The translations under genes were made by a program, and so were the position numbers. Shown piece after piece: positions 29,597 through 42,181 of a stretch of DNA of 64,000 nt (position 1 is the first letter of the stretch; each line of letters opens with the position of its first letter). The stretch covers positions 13,206,001-13,270,000 of the forward strand of contig OU015568.1 in NCBI GenBank assembly GCA_907165135.1, read 5' to 3'. The notes beneath the pieces are model-generated. The model made no database searches and was not told the origin of the DNA. It saw only the letters and a list, made by a program, of their open reading frames with translations. The DNA comes from Oikopleura dioica. Taxonomy: Eukaryota > Animalia > Chordata.

Positions 29597-29605
29597 AAGG
29601 GGAGG
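29597..29605 (+). promoter_or_regulatory. Polypurine tract AAGGGGAGG
   Basis: All-purine run directly abutting the 3' LTR. Confidence 0.85.
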
Positions 29606-29808
29606 TAAAGGGTTAGCGCATTCCGGGCGAACCCGTTGAACTTTGATACTGATCAGTGGGACGTTGCGCGCGCAGTGCCAGTCTCGGCTGGTCAGTTGTC
29701 TCTCGAATAAAGTAGAAGCAGCAGCTAGAAACTAGAATTGTTGTCTTTTATTCCCAGGAGCTAGAGTCTCAGTGGGAGAGTGTTTCCAGCAGTGCATTGA
29801 CCCTTTTA
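29606..29808 (+). repeat. 3' LTR
   Basis: Direct repeat of 26497-26699, followed by the TSD CCTT at 29809-29812. Confidence 0.95.
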
Positions 29809-32800
29809 CCTTCTATGTCAAGGCGAGCGACTACCATGTTTCACCGGGCGGAGATTCTTCTGTAGGAGAATCTCAAAAATCTATATTGAAAGGAAGTGAT
29901 TCAAGAGCTTAAGTTAATTTATTGAGGCATTCTTGAGAATGATCCTTTGAGTAATATTCTCCTTCTCACTATCTTAGGAACCCTGAATCTTTATAGGATA
30001 CTTGCCCGAAAAAAGCGGGCTTTGGGAGACATAGAAGAGTACCAACAACAACAAAGATATTTTTTCAAAAATTGGAATATTATTGGGCGAACTCTTGAGA
30101 AGGTCAAATAAAAGTCAAGTAAAATCGGAACGGTAGCCTTCATTTGACGTGAAAGTTTCAATTGGGCCGGATAATAGAAACGCGAAATGCTTCCAAATAC
30201 AGAAGCTCTAATCAAATTTGATTTGCTAGAAATGGCTTTTAAATGTCACGTTACGTGACAGCCCAGCTTATCAGAAATTTGTAAGTAAACAGGCTACTGT
30301 AGATTTCAAGAAATAGAAGTTTCTTCGATTCGTCTATCAAAAAACAATGGTCAAAGAAGGAGAATAAATAACACTTCCATAAATAATCAAAGAAGTATTC
30401 TAATGAGACGATAAATATAATGCTGATTCGACTCTTTCAGCAGTGAATAGCCCCGGAAGCCCAAAAGGAACCCGGCTGTTGTAGATTACGAAAACTCAAT
30501 TATTCAGAAGAATATTATTTTGAACAATAGGGTCTAAGGTGTTCAGGAAGTTCGGATGAAACCCAGCCAGGTTATACCAACATGAGAAGAACGATTTTAA
30601 ACATCAGTGAATTAATTGTGTAAGGGGCACTTCAGATCATTGAAAAATAATTAATTCGCGAGCAAACCTGGCAAATCCCAAGCTGCTTGCTGACGGCGGT
30701 CGCGGTTTGAGAGCAACTTTTTGGCAGAATGGTTGACTCGTCCAGATACCGTTGACTTGGACCTAGTCGAAATTCAGTACGCATCTTTTTTTAAGTATTC
30801 ATGAGGACTTACAGTTTTACCTCTACTTTGCTGGCGGGATTTGGCCAAATTTCTTAGGAAATCATCTTCTTCGTTATGTTGGAAACTGAAAAAATGATTG
30901 AAAATTGCATCTATAGAATCTCATCAAAAGAAGGAAATTATCTTCTTGCTAAAAAAACAAATATTTCAAGACTTAAGAAAAATTAACCTATTATTCTCGA
31001 TTCGGTCTCTCTCAAACTCTGAATGATCCAAAAGAGCATAAACGGAGCTGTGTTGCTCCATCGCCAGCTCAGTAGAAAACGGGCACAATGAATGATTTGT
31101 CTTATTCTGCAGAACATGGATGAAACCGAAAACCATTCAAAAAGAAGAGACACAATGAAACGAAAAACAATTATTACGCTGACGTTAATGCGCCCAGTAA
31201 CGATAGGTCGACATTGAATAGAGTGGTCGACTATGCGGCGGTGCGGTTTCGTGAACTCTTCTAACTTGATTACTTTGCGGAATAAAGGTATTGCAAAATT
31301 TTCCGCGAGACATGAAGTTTCGCAAAGTTTTCCTACAAAATACGTTGTCTCTGAGGATAAACCCGCATTATTTACAAGCCTAATAGAATATCTGTCTTTT
31401 TGTTAGACCATTTCTTTAGACTAGAACTCCTCGCCTTTGTTCTATGTGGCAAGATTGACGCAATTACATTATCGTTCGATTTTCGCCGAAAAGCGGCGGT
31501 TGTTTTTCAATAAATTTGTGGAAAAATTGTTAATTCATTCAATTCTGAAGGTCAAACTCTAGTGAACTGTACTTACACGGAAAGCATCGGCGGATCGTGA
31601 CGGCTTTGCGGTCGAGACCGATCAAAGTAATAACTGTCTTTTTTCAAGCGATCGAGATACGGTCTTATTGAGCAATTCATTTGAATGATTCTCTAAGAAA
31701 ATGCACTGTCGATTACTTTCCTGATAGAAATTGCCGTCGTCGCTCAAATTTTCGATGTGCTGAGCTCTTCAAGGCGATCCTTCACGCTCTCAGGCGATGA
31801 AAAAATCACTCGTTAGCAAATTTACTCAACTGTCAAAGATATCCAAAAAATCAATCGAAAAAATCAAAAAAATATAAATCGTTCAACAAATTGTGTGTCT
31901 TCTGGGAAATTTAATCAACTTGAATTGCAAGAACTAATAGATAATGGTGCAATCAGCAGGTGCTGTGGCATTAGTAATCCTGGGTTACAGTATGTTATGT
32001 ATGGTTTACATCAGTTTGGTTCTTGTAGGGCGAGTTAGAATTGCTTGAATCAAAAAGAAACAATAATCCTGGACAAACTTGTGGTAAGGTGACATGATGT
32101 CAATGACTTCAATTATGAAATCAAGAAGGACTACCCTCAACATCCCTGACGAAAAATTCAATAATGCAATGGCTGTGATAAGTTTTTCTATCCGAATAAT
32201 CATTAAAGAAACTATTTTCTATGCAACTTATTTGAAGAATCGCAGCCTGAGGACTCCCAAACGACTTTTTCCAAACTTGCATTTTTTTTGTCTCTCTATC
32301 TTCTTTTTTTCATCAGAGGTTCCTAAAAACAACATAAAGTTCTCTCTTCTTTTCCCAAACAAATTTGCATTGTCAGCAAAACAGGTAATCTTTGTTGAAT
32401 TTCGAGTGCAAATATTTTCACAGATTTAGGAATTAAGGAATCGCAGCTATTTAAATGTTATGACAACTTTACCCCTAACATTGAGTTGCTAAGCACACAT
32501 TGATGGGAAAAAGAGAAATCTCTGATTTTCAGCCTTCTCTTTTCATTTATCAGTTATAAATTTTGCTGTGAATAGAGGTATTTCTTTTTAACGTTCTATC
32601 TCATTCTGTATTTGCGCGATGTCAACAAGGAGTAAAATTTCTCGCGCTCAGGCTTTGAACCTCAAGGACGTCGCCTTAAAAATTGCGAGGTAGCCCTTGT
32701 GGGCTCAAGCTATCTCATACAGCAGTAGATCACATTTACAGAAGGTGATAATATTCTGTGTAAAAACTCGGAAGTAAGAGAAAATATCAATACACAGGCT

Positions 32801-33503
32801 TCTCGTGATACTGCTATAAATTCTCGAGTATTTCCGCGAAGGAGGGGAGGGCAATTAAAATAACCCGGGGTTATGAAATTCATTGACGCAATATTTTCGA
32901 ATTCAAATACTTGACAATTTTATGAATGGTAGATGTTTCCAACAAATATTATCTCGTGATCGAAGCTGATTGTTTTCAGCCATTCTTTATGTACCTTTCT
33001 CTGGGTCGATAGGACAGCTCTGCGTCTTATATTTATAAATATTATCTAAGGATGTGCTTCAGCGATGTTACGTGCGTTGAGGGCTTTCTGAGTCAAGTAT
33101 TTGCTGAGCGGGTTCTCCAATTCGCACAATGCTGCAGGAAGAACTCTCTGTTGTGTCCACTCTTATAATTCTCTCATTGAAAGGAGAGTAAGTAGAGTTA
33201 AAAATTAGCCATTCACCGAAAAGAAAGAATAACTTTGACAGTTGTCTGATATCGTATCGGCGATATCTTTGCTCTTGTTTGGGAACGACTTCGGTATCGC
33301 CCGCGGCGTGAATTCTTGACAGCCCGAAAGCTCTCCCAGAACGCTCCGTCTTACGTTGATCACACAACAAGGGAATGATACTATCGTTTTGGGACTTCCG
33401 TCCGTATTATTCGACCTTTGGACAATCTGTATTTACTCTCGGCCCTTAATAAATCTGTGTTTTTGTTTCTATTTACAAATTACCTTTAGAAAATAATATT
33501 TTA

Positions 33504-36378
33504 TCAAGTCAGCCGTACGGAAAAACGTGTGTTTCTCTTTGCGTAAGTGGATAACTTGTTCATTGAATTTGGAATTGATGATTGACGAATGCTTCCGTTT
33601 TTGTCCTTGTCAGCGGATGGATCTTTTCTAAAATGAACAAAAACGGCTCCAATTAGCCTACAAAGTAGGCAAAACAGTAGTTCAAAGAAAAAGCTCTGAA
33701 TGAAGACCTTGAACGATGACATTTGGTAACATGAATATTTTATTTTCGTAACACAAAAAAATAAACACCACCGACTGCAGCGTACGCTAAAATAAAAACC
33801 ATGGCAGTAATTCCTGCAGCAAAACCAGCAGTGTGTCCTTCTGAGCTCTTTCTCGTGTCAGCCGATGCCTTGAAGCAGTGAGAAGTCTTCGTTGTATCCC
33901 AACAACAGCCCAAATCTACGAATGTCTCAATTACACTTTTCTAGCTTCCTTCAATCAATTACCGTAGCAGCTCTGTTCCGTTGTACCAGAATTAGAACCT
34001 GGACAGTGGTGGATCTCAGCAGTCGCGAGGCAATTCTCAAACTTTTTCATTTTGCTGCAAATGTATCCATGAACAGCCGTTGATTCCTTGAAATGAGTTA
34101 GGAACGCTTTTTATAGAATCAAAAAACCTGAGACTCCCATCTCCCATCCACAAGCATAACTGCATTTTCTTCGTTGTCGTTTTCAACGACGAAATTTGAG
34201 AAGACAAAGTTTGACCCGTCCATCCACCTCCACGCTCCACTTTGAGTTCTTTCAGCGCCGATCCAGGCCGTCTTCAAATGAGCGCCTGTGTCTGTACTCA
34301 GAAGGCTTTTTACGAATAAATTCGTCGTCTGAGCGATAAAGTGGATAAAATTCAATGATTCTTCCTTACCAAATCATGAACAGAAGCAACAGAAGCATCA
34401 AAAGACAAGCAACTCCTACGAGCCTCAGCATAAACAACTTCTTTTCCGAAAGTTCTGAAGCAGTCAAGTCCTCCGTCTAGTGATGTCCATCCATTTTCAC
34501 ACTCGACAGGGCTCCCCAGGTGAGATGGGGCATTTTCGTCAGGAGGAGTAATCGTGTACTTGTCAAGTTTACATACAAAATTCTTTCTCGCCTCGCAATT
34601 GTTCGTCATTTTCCATTCCCATTTCTTCGGAAATTCCATAAAATTCTCAACAAAAGCACAGTTGTCTCCTGAAATGGTTCCGTCATTGCTATAAATGATG
34701 AATTTACTCGAACCTTGATGAATTCCAGGCTCATGGGCTGCCCAATTCGTGTAGTCGACTGGTAGATTATCATCCCAGACAAAGCTCGGATTGTTTTCAT
34801 CCCCATTAACAGAAAGCCCGATCCAAATTGACCTCGGCACATCAAGTTCTTGTCCGAATGCTTCAAAAACTTGCGAGTAAAGAAACGAGTCTTCATAGTG
34901 ATTCCAAATGGAGGCCAAGTGAGCGGTTCCATTGATGTTCCAATTGTTGTTCTTTCCTTCTGATTTACAGAAGTCATCTGCTTCCTGGTATGAAAGAGCC
35001 TGAGTTGTAATAACTTTGTAGCATGCACTGAAGTACGGTTTGTAGCCAAATGTACAGTTGAGTTTATATTTATCAGGATAGGAGCCCTTGTTTGTCAGCG
35101 AACTGCTCGCTGGAATCGAGCAAACGGAATACTGAGTGTTTGTCACTCCTCCAGCGACATCTTCCCAATCTCCAGGGTAAATCGACGATACCGATGGGAG
35201 CATTGCTAAATAATTAAAGTATTACAGTTTTCACGCCATTCTACCGTAGTCATCCCCTGCCTTGTAATAAGGATGGAGAACTGTGGCCACTTTATCCTGG
35301 TTAGGGCCAGCTTCGTGATGAGTGGGGTGTAACAGACGCCATTGCGAGTACAATAGTGGCTCGGAATTCGCCCATTGAAAGTGCTTCCCGATCTCAGAAT
35401 CAGACATTACTCCGATCCAAACATCAGAATCAACAAGAGATGTAACAAAAGCATGGTGAAATGGCTAAAAAGATAATCAGTCAGAAAACTGGAATAGCAA
35501 ATACCGTTGGAAGAATCGCCAAATGCGCATCAGTTCCAAGTGTCTGGCAGCTTTTTTCAGCTTGATCGAATGTTTGCCGTGAGTATTTATCTCCAGAGAA
35601 GCCGTTTTTGAGCTTGAACTTGTAGCACATGCCTGCATAGTGAATCCAGTCGCCGGATGGACATCCTCCAGCGGGGGGATTAGGTAGATCAGGATGGGGA
35701 CTTCCGTCGAGGTAGTACTCGCAAATGTAAGCTAATCAGTGTTTCCGGATGATTCATGTTTCAAAGAGATAATCCTTTATCTGATGGGAACAGGACCTGA
35801 GAGCTCATCGCATTTGTTGTCGTTCCACTCTCCCTCAACCATGTCAGTGCAGTGTTCTGTAAAAAAGATAAAAATCTTAAAATTCTACGGAAATCGAAAA
35901 ATAATCAGATTATCTTCTAAAAATTTTCATCCCCAAACAACACCGCCGACATTGTTCGGCTCTCCATCTCGCCAGATCTCGAAGTCAACGGGAGTGTGGT
36001 CCGACCAGGTGAAGCCGCAAGTAGGACAGTTCATTCTCAAGCCGATCCAGAACTGTTTGCCTGTCTCTGCTGAGCCCAAGAGATTGCGAATAGATTGCAG
36101 TTCTTCCTCGCTGTGAATTGACACAAGATGGCCATCTTTTCCTGGGAAAATTTGAAAAGAAAAATTTGGTTTTCTCAATTACCTGCTGGAGCAACTCGTT
36201 GGCATTCTTTCTCCGAGTCTGACCAGGTTCTTGGTCGGTTAAAAATCGGGTTCGAAATATCGTAGATAAAGGGCTTTACGCATTTATCAACCCCATTTAC
36301 TCTTATTTTCTCGAAATCAGAGCCAGGACAGCGGGCACACTCTGATAAGCAAAACAGTAATAATAAAAGTTTTTTCAT
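33504..36378 (-). CDS. Type I membrane receptor with about 4 C-type lectin domains (mannose-receptor-like); 3' end uncertain
   Basis: Signal peptide MKKLLLLLFCL, repeated HLxSI/WIGL(A)/W-N-W lectin motifs, EPN...WND in the first domain, and a TM segment (GFAAGITAMVFILAYAAVGGVYFF) near 33770-33840. Confidence 0.85.
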
Positions 36379-36850
36379 AATCTCAGACAGAATATTCGAT
36401 GTCTGAGATGTGCGAGACTTATTGGAGGTGTGACAACTTGGATCTTTGTTGGTTCAATAATGGAAGAAGTTACGAACTCGAGTTGTGAAGATTGCATCAA
36501 TTTGGGTTATATCATTTTGCCCTTATCAAGCGGGTGACTCATGCAAATACAGGTTCCGGTCAAAACCAGATTAGCACGCGCCGCAGGTCATTGATAATGG
36601 CGCCACCTGTTTTCCCTTTTTTGAAACGCCGAAGTGATCACAGTCACTTCAGTCACATTTTTTGCAAATTTCGAGACTTCCCTTTTCTCAAATTTTTCTA
36701 GACTTCTGTTTCAACTGGAGAAAATCTTCAAAAAAGGCATCGCGGAACTAGCGGAATAAGCTCGCATTTTTTGTAAGTCAATCATTCTCAGTTGAATCTC
36801 TCATCCCAAAAGTTGATTCAGAAACCATAACTTTACCGAGCGCCTGAGAG

Positions 36851-38381
36851 ATGAAACAGAAGACGAGCCGCAAGTGTAAGAGAAAAGTGAAAGTCAAACA
36901 AGAGATGCCTAACATGAACAAACGGTTGAAGGTGGATCCGGAGGTGATTGAAATCGAGGTAAGAGCGTTAAAATAGAGATTTCTCGGGGATTGAAGGGAA
37001 GTATGACTCATCGATTTAAAGGCGCCTAATCCGCAATCGAGCAATTTTTATTCACAAGCAGCTTGCTTGAAGCAGGTATTTTTCACCTTTCTGGCTTCAG
37101 GAGGCGAGCGAAGACATGAGGATTGAAGATGTTCCCAATGACGACATCCCTGGCCCTTCCAACCGGTACATTCCTCCACCGCCAAGCGTAGACCTCGAAA
37201 ATCAAGGTAAGAATTTAGCGATAACTTTTAATATTTCATTCTCATATTTTCAGGTCTGAACAATAACGGGAATATCGAAGAATTTCGTGAGCGTAGACGG
37301 GCTATTCTTGACAACGTAACTACATCCTTGACGGAGATGGAGAACGATTACTACACGGTAATTCAAATCAAATTTCAAATCAGCAAATTTTAGCTTTTCT
37401 CGTGGAGTAAATTATTTTCAGATCGCCGATTTAAACAAAGAACTTCTCCTTGATCGTCAGGCTCGCCAACGCCTGAAGCGAGACATCGACGAACTAGGAA
37501 GGGTCTTTATTTATTTTCGCTCGAATATTCTTAGTAATTAGTGAAAAACTCAAACAGATGCTGAAATTCAGCAAAAAACTGCCAAGAAAGACGTCTTGGA
37601 CAATGCTTACAAGAAACTCTCCAAGAGGATTGACGAGAATGAAAAATCGCTCGACAAGGCGCACGAACGAATCCGAACATTCGAAGTCTGCTACAAAAAA
37701 GTTGAGCCCAAGCCCGAAGAAAAACCAGGACAAGTTGGAGAGTTCGAGTGCCCGATTTGCAAGGAGATCTGTGGCACGGAGGAAAAGCACATGGTGTGCC
37801 TTTCGAGCTGTGGCCATCGATTCTGCAAGGACTGCATTGACAGAGTCCTAGGAACGGTTCTTTTTTCTGTTGATAAATTTGTTAATAACAAGGCAGAACC
37901 ATGAACAGATGATGCGCCTATGAATGGCCAAGCAGACAATGCTCTCTTCAATGGCGCAGGAGTCCCTGATGGAGTAAACCGACGAGATCAGTTACGACGA
38001 GATGCAGAAGAGGTTCGACAAGAGAGACGAAGATTGGAACAAGAGGTACGAAATGCGGCCAATCGTTATCTTCTCTTTCGGCAACAAAGACCCGCTGCTG
38101 TCGTTCCTCAACCACCGGCTGCCCGTGCAGCAGGTAAGAAGGGTTTGAAAATATTTTCGTAGCTTATTCTAGGAGACAACAACGCTGCGGCCCCAGTGGC
38201 AAATGTTGCCGTCAATCCACCAGCAAATCCTCCACCCCGCCATAATCTGTACTTTCCTCCCCAATTTAACCAAGGACCGGCACACGTCGTGCGGGCTCGT
38301 GCATACGATCCCCGTTTCAACCAGCGCCTTTACAACAGGAAGCGCTGCCCAACTTGCCAGACAGACTTCAGGAACTGTTGA
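36851..38381 (+). pseudogene. Split-RING protein, copy 1; in-frame TGA at 37902-37904
   Basis: Basic N-terminus, VIEIE motif, coiled coil, CPIC...CGHRFCKDC, then a long insert and terminal RCPTCQTDFRNC*. The TGA aligns with TGT (Cys) in copy 2. Confidence 0.75.
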
Positions 38382-39159
38382 CAATATCATCTTAACATAT
38401 TTCAGGGGTTAATTTCTTAAAGTTCAAATCAATCTAAAGACATTTTGTCAACTCTCTGAAACAGCCGAAATAATGTTGTTCGTCTCTTCTAGTGCGCCAA
38501 TCAATCCACGAACAACGATTCAGAATCAAACGCTCCCTTACTGAAACCTTTTACGCATCACACTGTCACCTTTATCTTCGATCTCATATTAGACGAATAA
38601 ACCTTACAGAAAATTTTCTGACCGGGGAGTTTTCTCTATTGATGCAGCGTTAAATAGTTACAAATATTGTTGATCTTTAATTTGTTACTTACTTTTATAA
38701 CGTACAAGTAACAAGTCACGGATAACCAGAATCTTTGTTGATTTAATTTTCGAAGAAATAAACGTTAAACGAAACCGACCTAATTTATTTTGCTCTTATC
38801 AAGCAGGTGACTTATAAAAACCCATTTTCCGGTCATACTCTGATTAACACGCGTTACCAGATGATGGCGCCATCTGTATTTTATTGGCACACCAGAACAG
38901 TCACAATCATTACAGTCAGTCACATTTTTCATAAATTCCAACGCGTTTTATTTTCCCGCACTTCTACTTTATCAGACTTTATCATTTCGTCAAAAAAGGT
39001 ATCACGCCGATATTTTCGATCATAAAAATAAACAGCCCATTGATAATTGCCGAGAAAAACGATAATTTTGTCAGCATTCGTCATTTTTAGTCGGTCTCCC
39101 TTTCATCGCGAATTCCAAATCAGAGACCATAACGCTCGCGCGCGCCCGAGAGAACACTC

Positions 39160-40764
39160 ATGGGACGCAAGCCAGCTCTGAGAACGAAAATAAATCACGA
39201 GAAAATAGAACTTGCCAAGAGAGAACTGAAGATGAACCAAGAGACGGAAGCGAAGCGGATGAAAATTGATCCGGACGTGATCGTCATTGAGGTGAGAACG
39301 CTGCGAGAGAGCTGTAATAAATCGAAGTTTTTCTCGTCTTGGAAAGGAAAAATGACTCAGAATCGGCGCGCCCAATCCGCAGCCGGGCTGTTTTCCCCTT
39401 CACAAGCAGATTTTTCATTTTAAGCAGGCGAGGAACGACATGAGCGACGAAGATCTCCGAGACGAAGACATGCCTGGCCCTTCCCACGCGTTCAATCCCC
39501 CATCTCCAGCTGATGAATTCGACAATCAAGGTAACTAGCGGTGGTTTGTTTTTATCAATTCATGAGCTTTTCAGACGTGAAAAACTATGCGAACATTCAA
39601 CAGGAGTTTCGTGATCGTCGACAGGCTATTCTCAACAACTTGAATTCTTCCTTGAATGAAATGGAAGCTGATTATAATGCGGTAAGCCAATTTAGCAATG
39701 TTTTCTTTGTCTTATAATGAGTTTCACGAATTATAATTTTCAGATTGCCATCCTCAATGACGAACTTCTCCTTGATCGACAGACTAGCCAACGATTGAAG
39801 CGCGATATCGACGAACTAGGAATGTTTTAATAAAATAATGAATGAATAAATAAATGAATATTAATTCCAAGAATTCAATTAAAAACATCGAACAGCCGCT
39901 GAGATTCAATTGAAAAGTGCCCAGAAAGATGTCCTCGATAAAAAGTACGAGACTATCAACAAGAAGATTGAAACGAACGAAAAATCCCTCGATAGTGCAG
40001 AAGAAAGAATCCGAACATTTGAAGTTCGATACAAGCGAGATCAACAGAAACCCGACGAAAAGCCGGGAAAAGTTGGCGAGTTTGAGTGTCCGATTTGCAA
40101 GGAGATCTGTGGCACGGAAGAAAAGCACATGGTGTGTCTTATAAACTGTGGCCATCGTTTCTGCAAAGACTGCATTGACAGAGTCCTAGGAACGGCTCCC
40201 CTTTATGTTACTCGATTTTCTTGAAAACAAGGAGGAACCATGTAAAGACGACGCCAACAATGATAGAGAAGAAAGACGCCGTCATCGAATCAATGCTTTT
40301 CTCGACGAGCAACAACGTCTATTCAATGGGTTTGATGGAGTACGGCGAGAAGCAGAACAAGCACGACAAATGGCAGTAGAACTACGGCAGGCAGCTGATG
40401 AAATACGACGGGGTCCCCGCCAAGCGCGAATTGCAAGAAGAGCAGCCCGTCCTTATGGCGTGAGACTTGATGTCCCTGGGGATCCCGTTGCTGCCGATGC
40501 TCAACCTGCACCTGCCGGCGCAGAAGGTAAGAAAGTTGTCAAAGTCTCTTCCCAAAAGAATCTTTAGGAGACAACAATGCTGCAGATCCTCTGGCGGATA
40601 ACGTCGCAAACCCACCGGCGGCCGGTCGTCAAATACCTCGCCTATACCAGCGTCACCGTTTGGGAAGGCACATGATGATTGGCCGTGATTGGAGAGATGA
40701 CAATTTCGGCCGCTTTCTCAACAAACGATGCCCAACATGCCAGAAAAACTTCAGGAACTGTTGA
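39160..40764 (+). CDS. Split-RING protein, copy 2 (tandem paralogue)
   Basis: Same exon layout as copy 1, with a VIVIE motif and a near-identical CPICKEICGTEEKHMVC..CGHRFCKDC exon. It has a GC-AG intron at 40195-40231 and terminal RCPTCQKNFRNC*. Confidence 0.8.
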
Positions 40765-42181
40765 AAGATAATCATAACATGATTCTAAAGACTTTTGCAG
40801 AAATAAATCAATTTTGAATCGCCCCAAATTATTTTTTTTATTTTTCAACATGCTGAAAAAGACGAGAAAATGTCGTCCGACTCTTCTAGTACTTCAACCA
40901 ACTCACGAGCAAAGACTTAAAAACACACATACACCGACTTCTTATTGAAACCTTTCGTCCATTTCTCTCTCACCTTGATCTTCGATTCTTATCAGTCAAA
41001 TAAACCTCCCATAAAAACTGATCAACTCTGAGTTTCATCATGCAGATAATTTTATATATCAAGCAATACGGAGCTGAAAATGTTTTTGATATCGAGTGGT
41101 TCGACCGGGAAGACAGCTGCGCTAAATTATTCATCAATCGCAACATAGCTGGTTTCATACTTACTCTTCGGTACTCTTCCTTTTCAATGAACGTCCATTT
41201 TTGTCGACGAGAAAATAAAACAGGACGATGAGTGATATTTGTGGACAGAAAACGAACTTTGATTTTTATATTCTTGCTGGTCTCATGGTCAACCTTTTTC
41301 TTATAGGTAAGCATTTATGGTACGGCCATTGATTTTTAATAACCGATAGGGCCGTCTATAATGTGGGTAATCCTCCGCTATTTCTCAAAAAAGCTCGATG
41401 AAGGAAGAGAGGATGTCTATGGCAGGCCGATTGTTCCGATAACTCCTGGAAGAAGCTTCTCAGCGGCAAATTGGTCTGGATTTATGAGCGTTAGAGACAT
41501 TGAAGACACTGATTTCTACTGATTAGAATTAAATAAATGAAATCTCTAGAAAAATGATACTGAATGTTTTGAAGCGAGATATTTATTTCAGTTTTCCTGC
41601 TGGAGGCTCTTGAATATTTAATAGGAAGAGTTCAATTTGTTTTTTCTTGAAATAGAAATGAGTTGACATAATAATCCCTGCTCTTTTAGACCACAAATTA
41701 CCTTTTGCTTAGCCCAATTTCATTCTTTTAATCCACGCACCTTCACTGCAAAGGGTTTAAAAACAGTTTGAACCCAATCAGTTCTTTTTTTAAATGTCAA
41801 AGAGAAATGATGTTCTTCCATCCGGCGCGAATCTCAGAAGAAAACAAAGCGTTACTAAGAAGTTGAAAAAGTACGCCATACAAAATTAATATTCATTAAA
41901 TGTCATTAAGGCTACTGGTGGCTTTCACGTGCACCTCTACGCTGACCGACGAGTTTGACTCCGTGGATGATTATGAATTGCCCTTCGCGGAGTTCGACGA
42001 TGTCCGAACAATTCGAAGCTTCAGAAACTAAAGATCTGTGCAGATACGAAGATGATATTTATTTAACAAAATAAGCAAGAATAATGGATGTTTTCTATTC
42101 GATTTCGGTTTGCTTTAATTTTTGATATAATGGTAATAGTCTATTACTAATAGACTGAAGCAGTATTTTTTCTTGACGCGT

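Larger units (their letters stand above)
26497..29808 (+). mobile_element. Complete non-autonomous Ty3/gypsy-type LTR retrotransposon, 3312 bp, RT/RNase H absent
   Basis: Two 203-bp LTRs differ at one base. A 4-bp TSD CCTT flanks the element, and PBS, PPT and a 675-aa gag-protease ORF are present. Confidence 0.95.
25450..29912 (+). pseudogene. Host gene of unknown function whose last exon is split by the LTR element
   Basis: A 47-bp GT-AG intron ends at 26285. Exon 26286-26496 is open and continues in frame at 29813-29912 once the element and one CCTT are removed (...GFYRVSRNT-F-YVKASDYHVSPGG...SRA*). Confidence 0.6.

Noticed and set aside
30000-33000. Scattered short ORFs and GC-richer patches
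   Set aside because: No consistent frame, repeat boundary or motif was found; left unannotated.
40970-42040. Exon-like blocks at ~41040-41231, ~41400-41522 and ~41930-42020
   Set aside because: They may form a small gene, but frames and splice sites could not be linked and no family was recognised.
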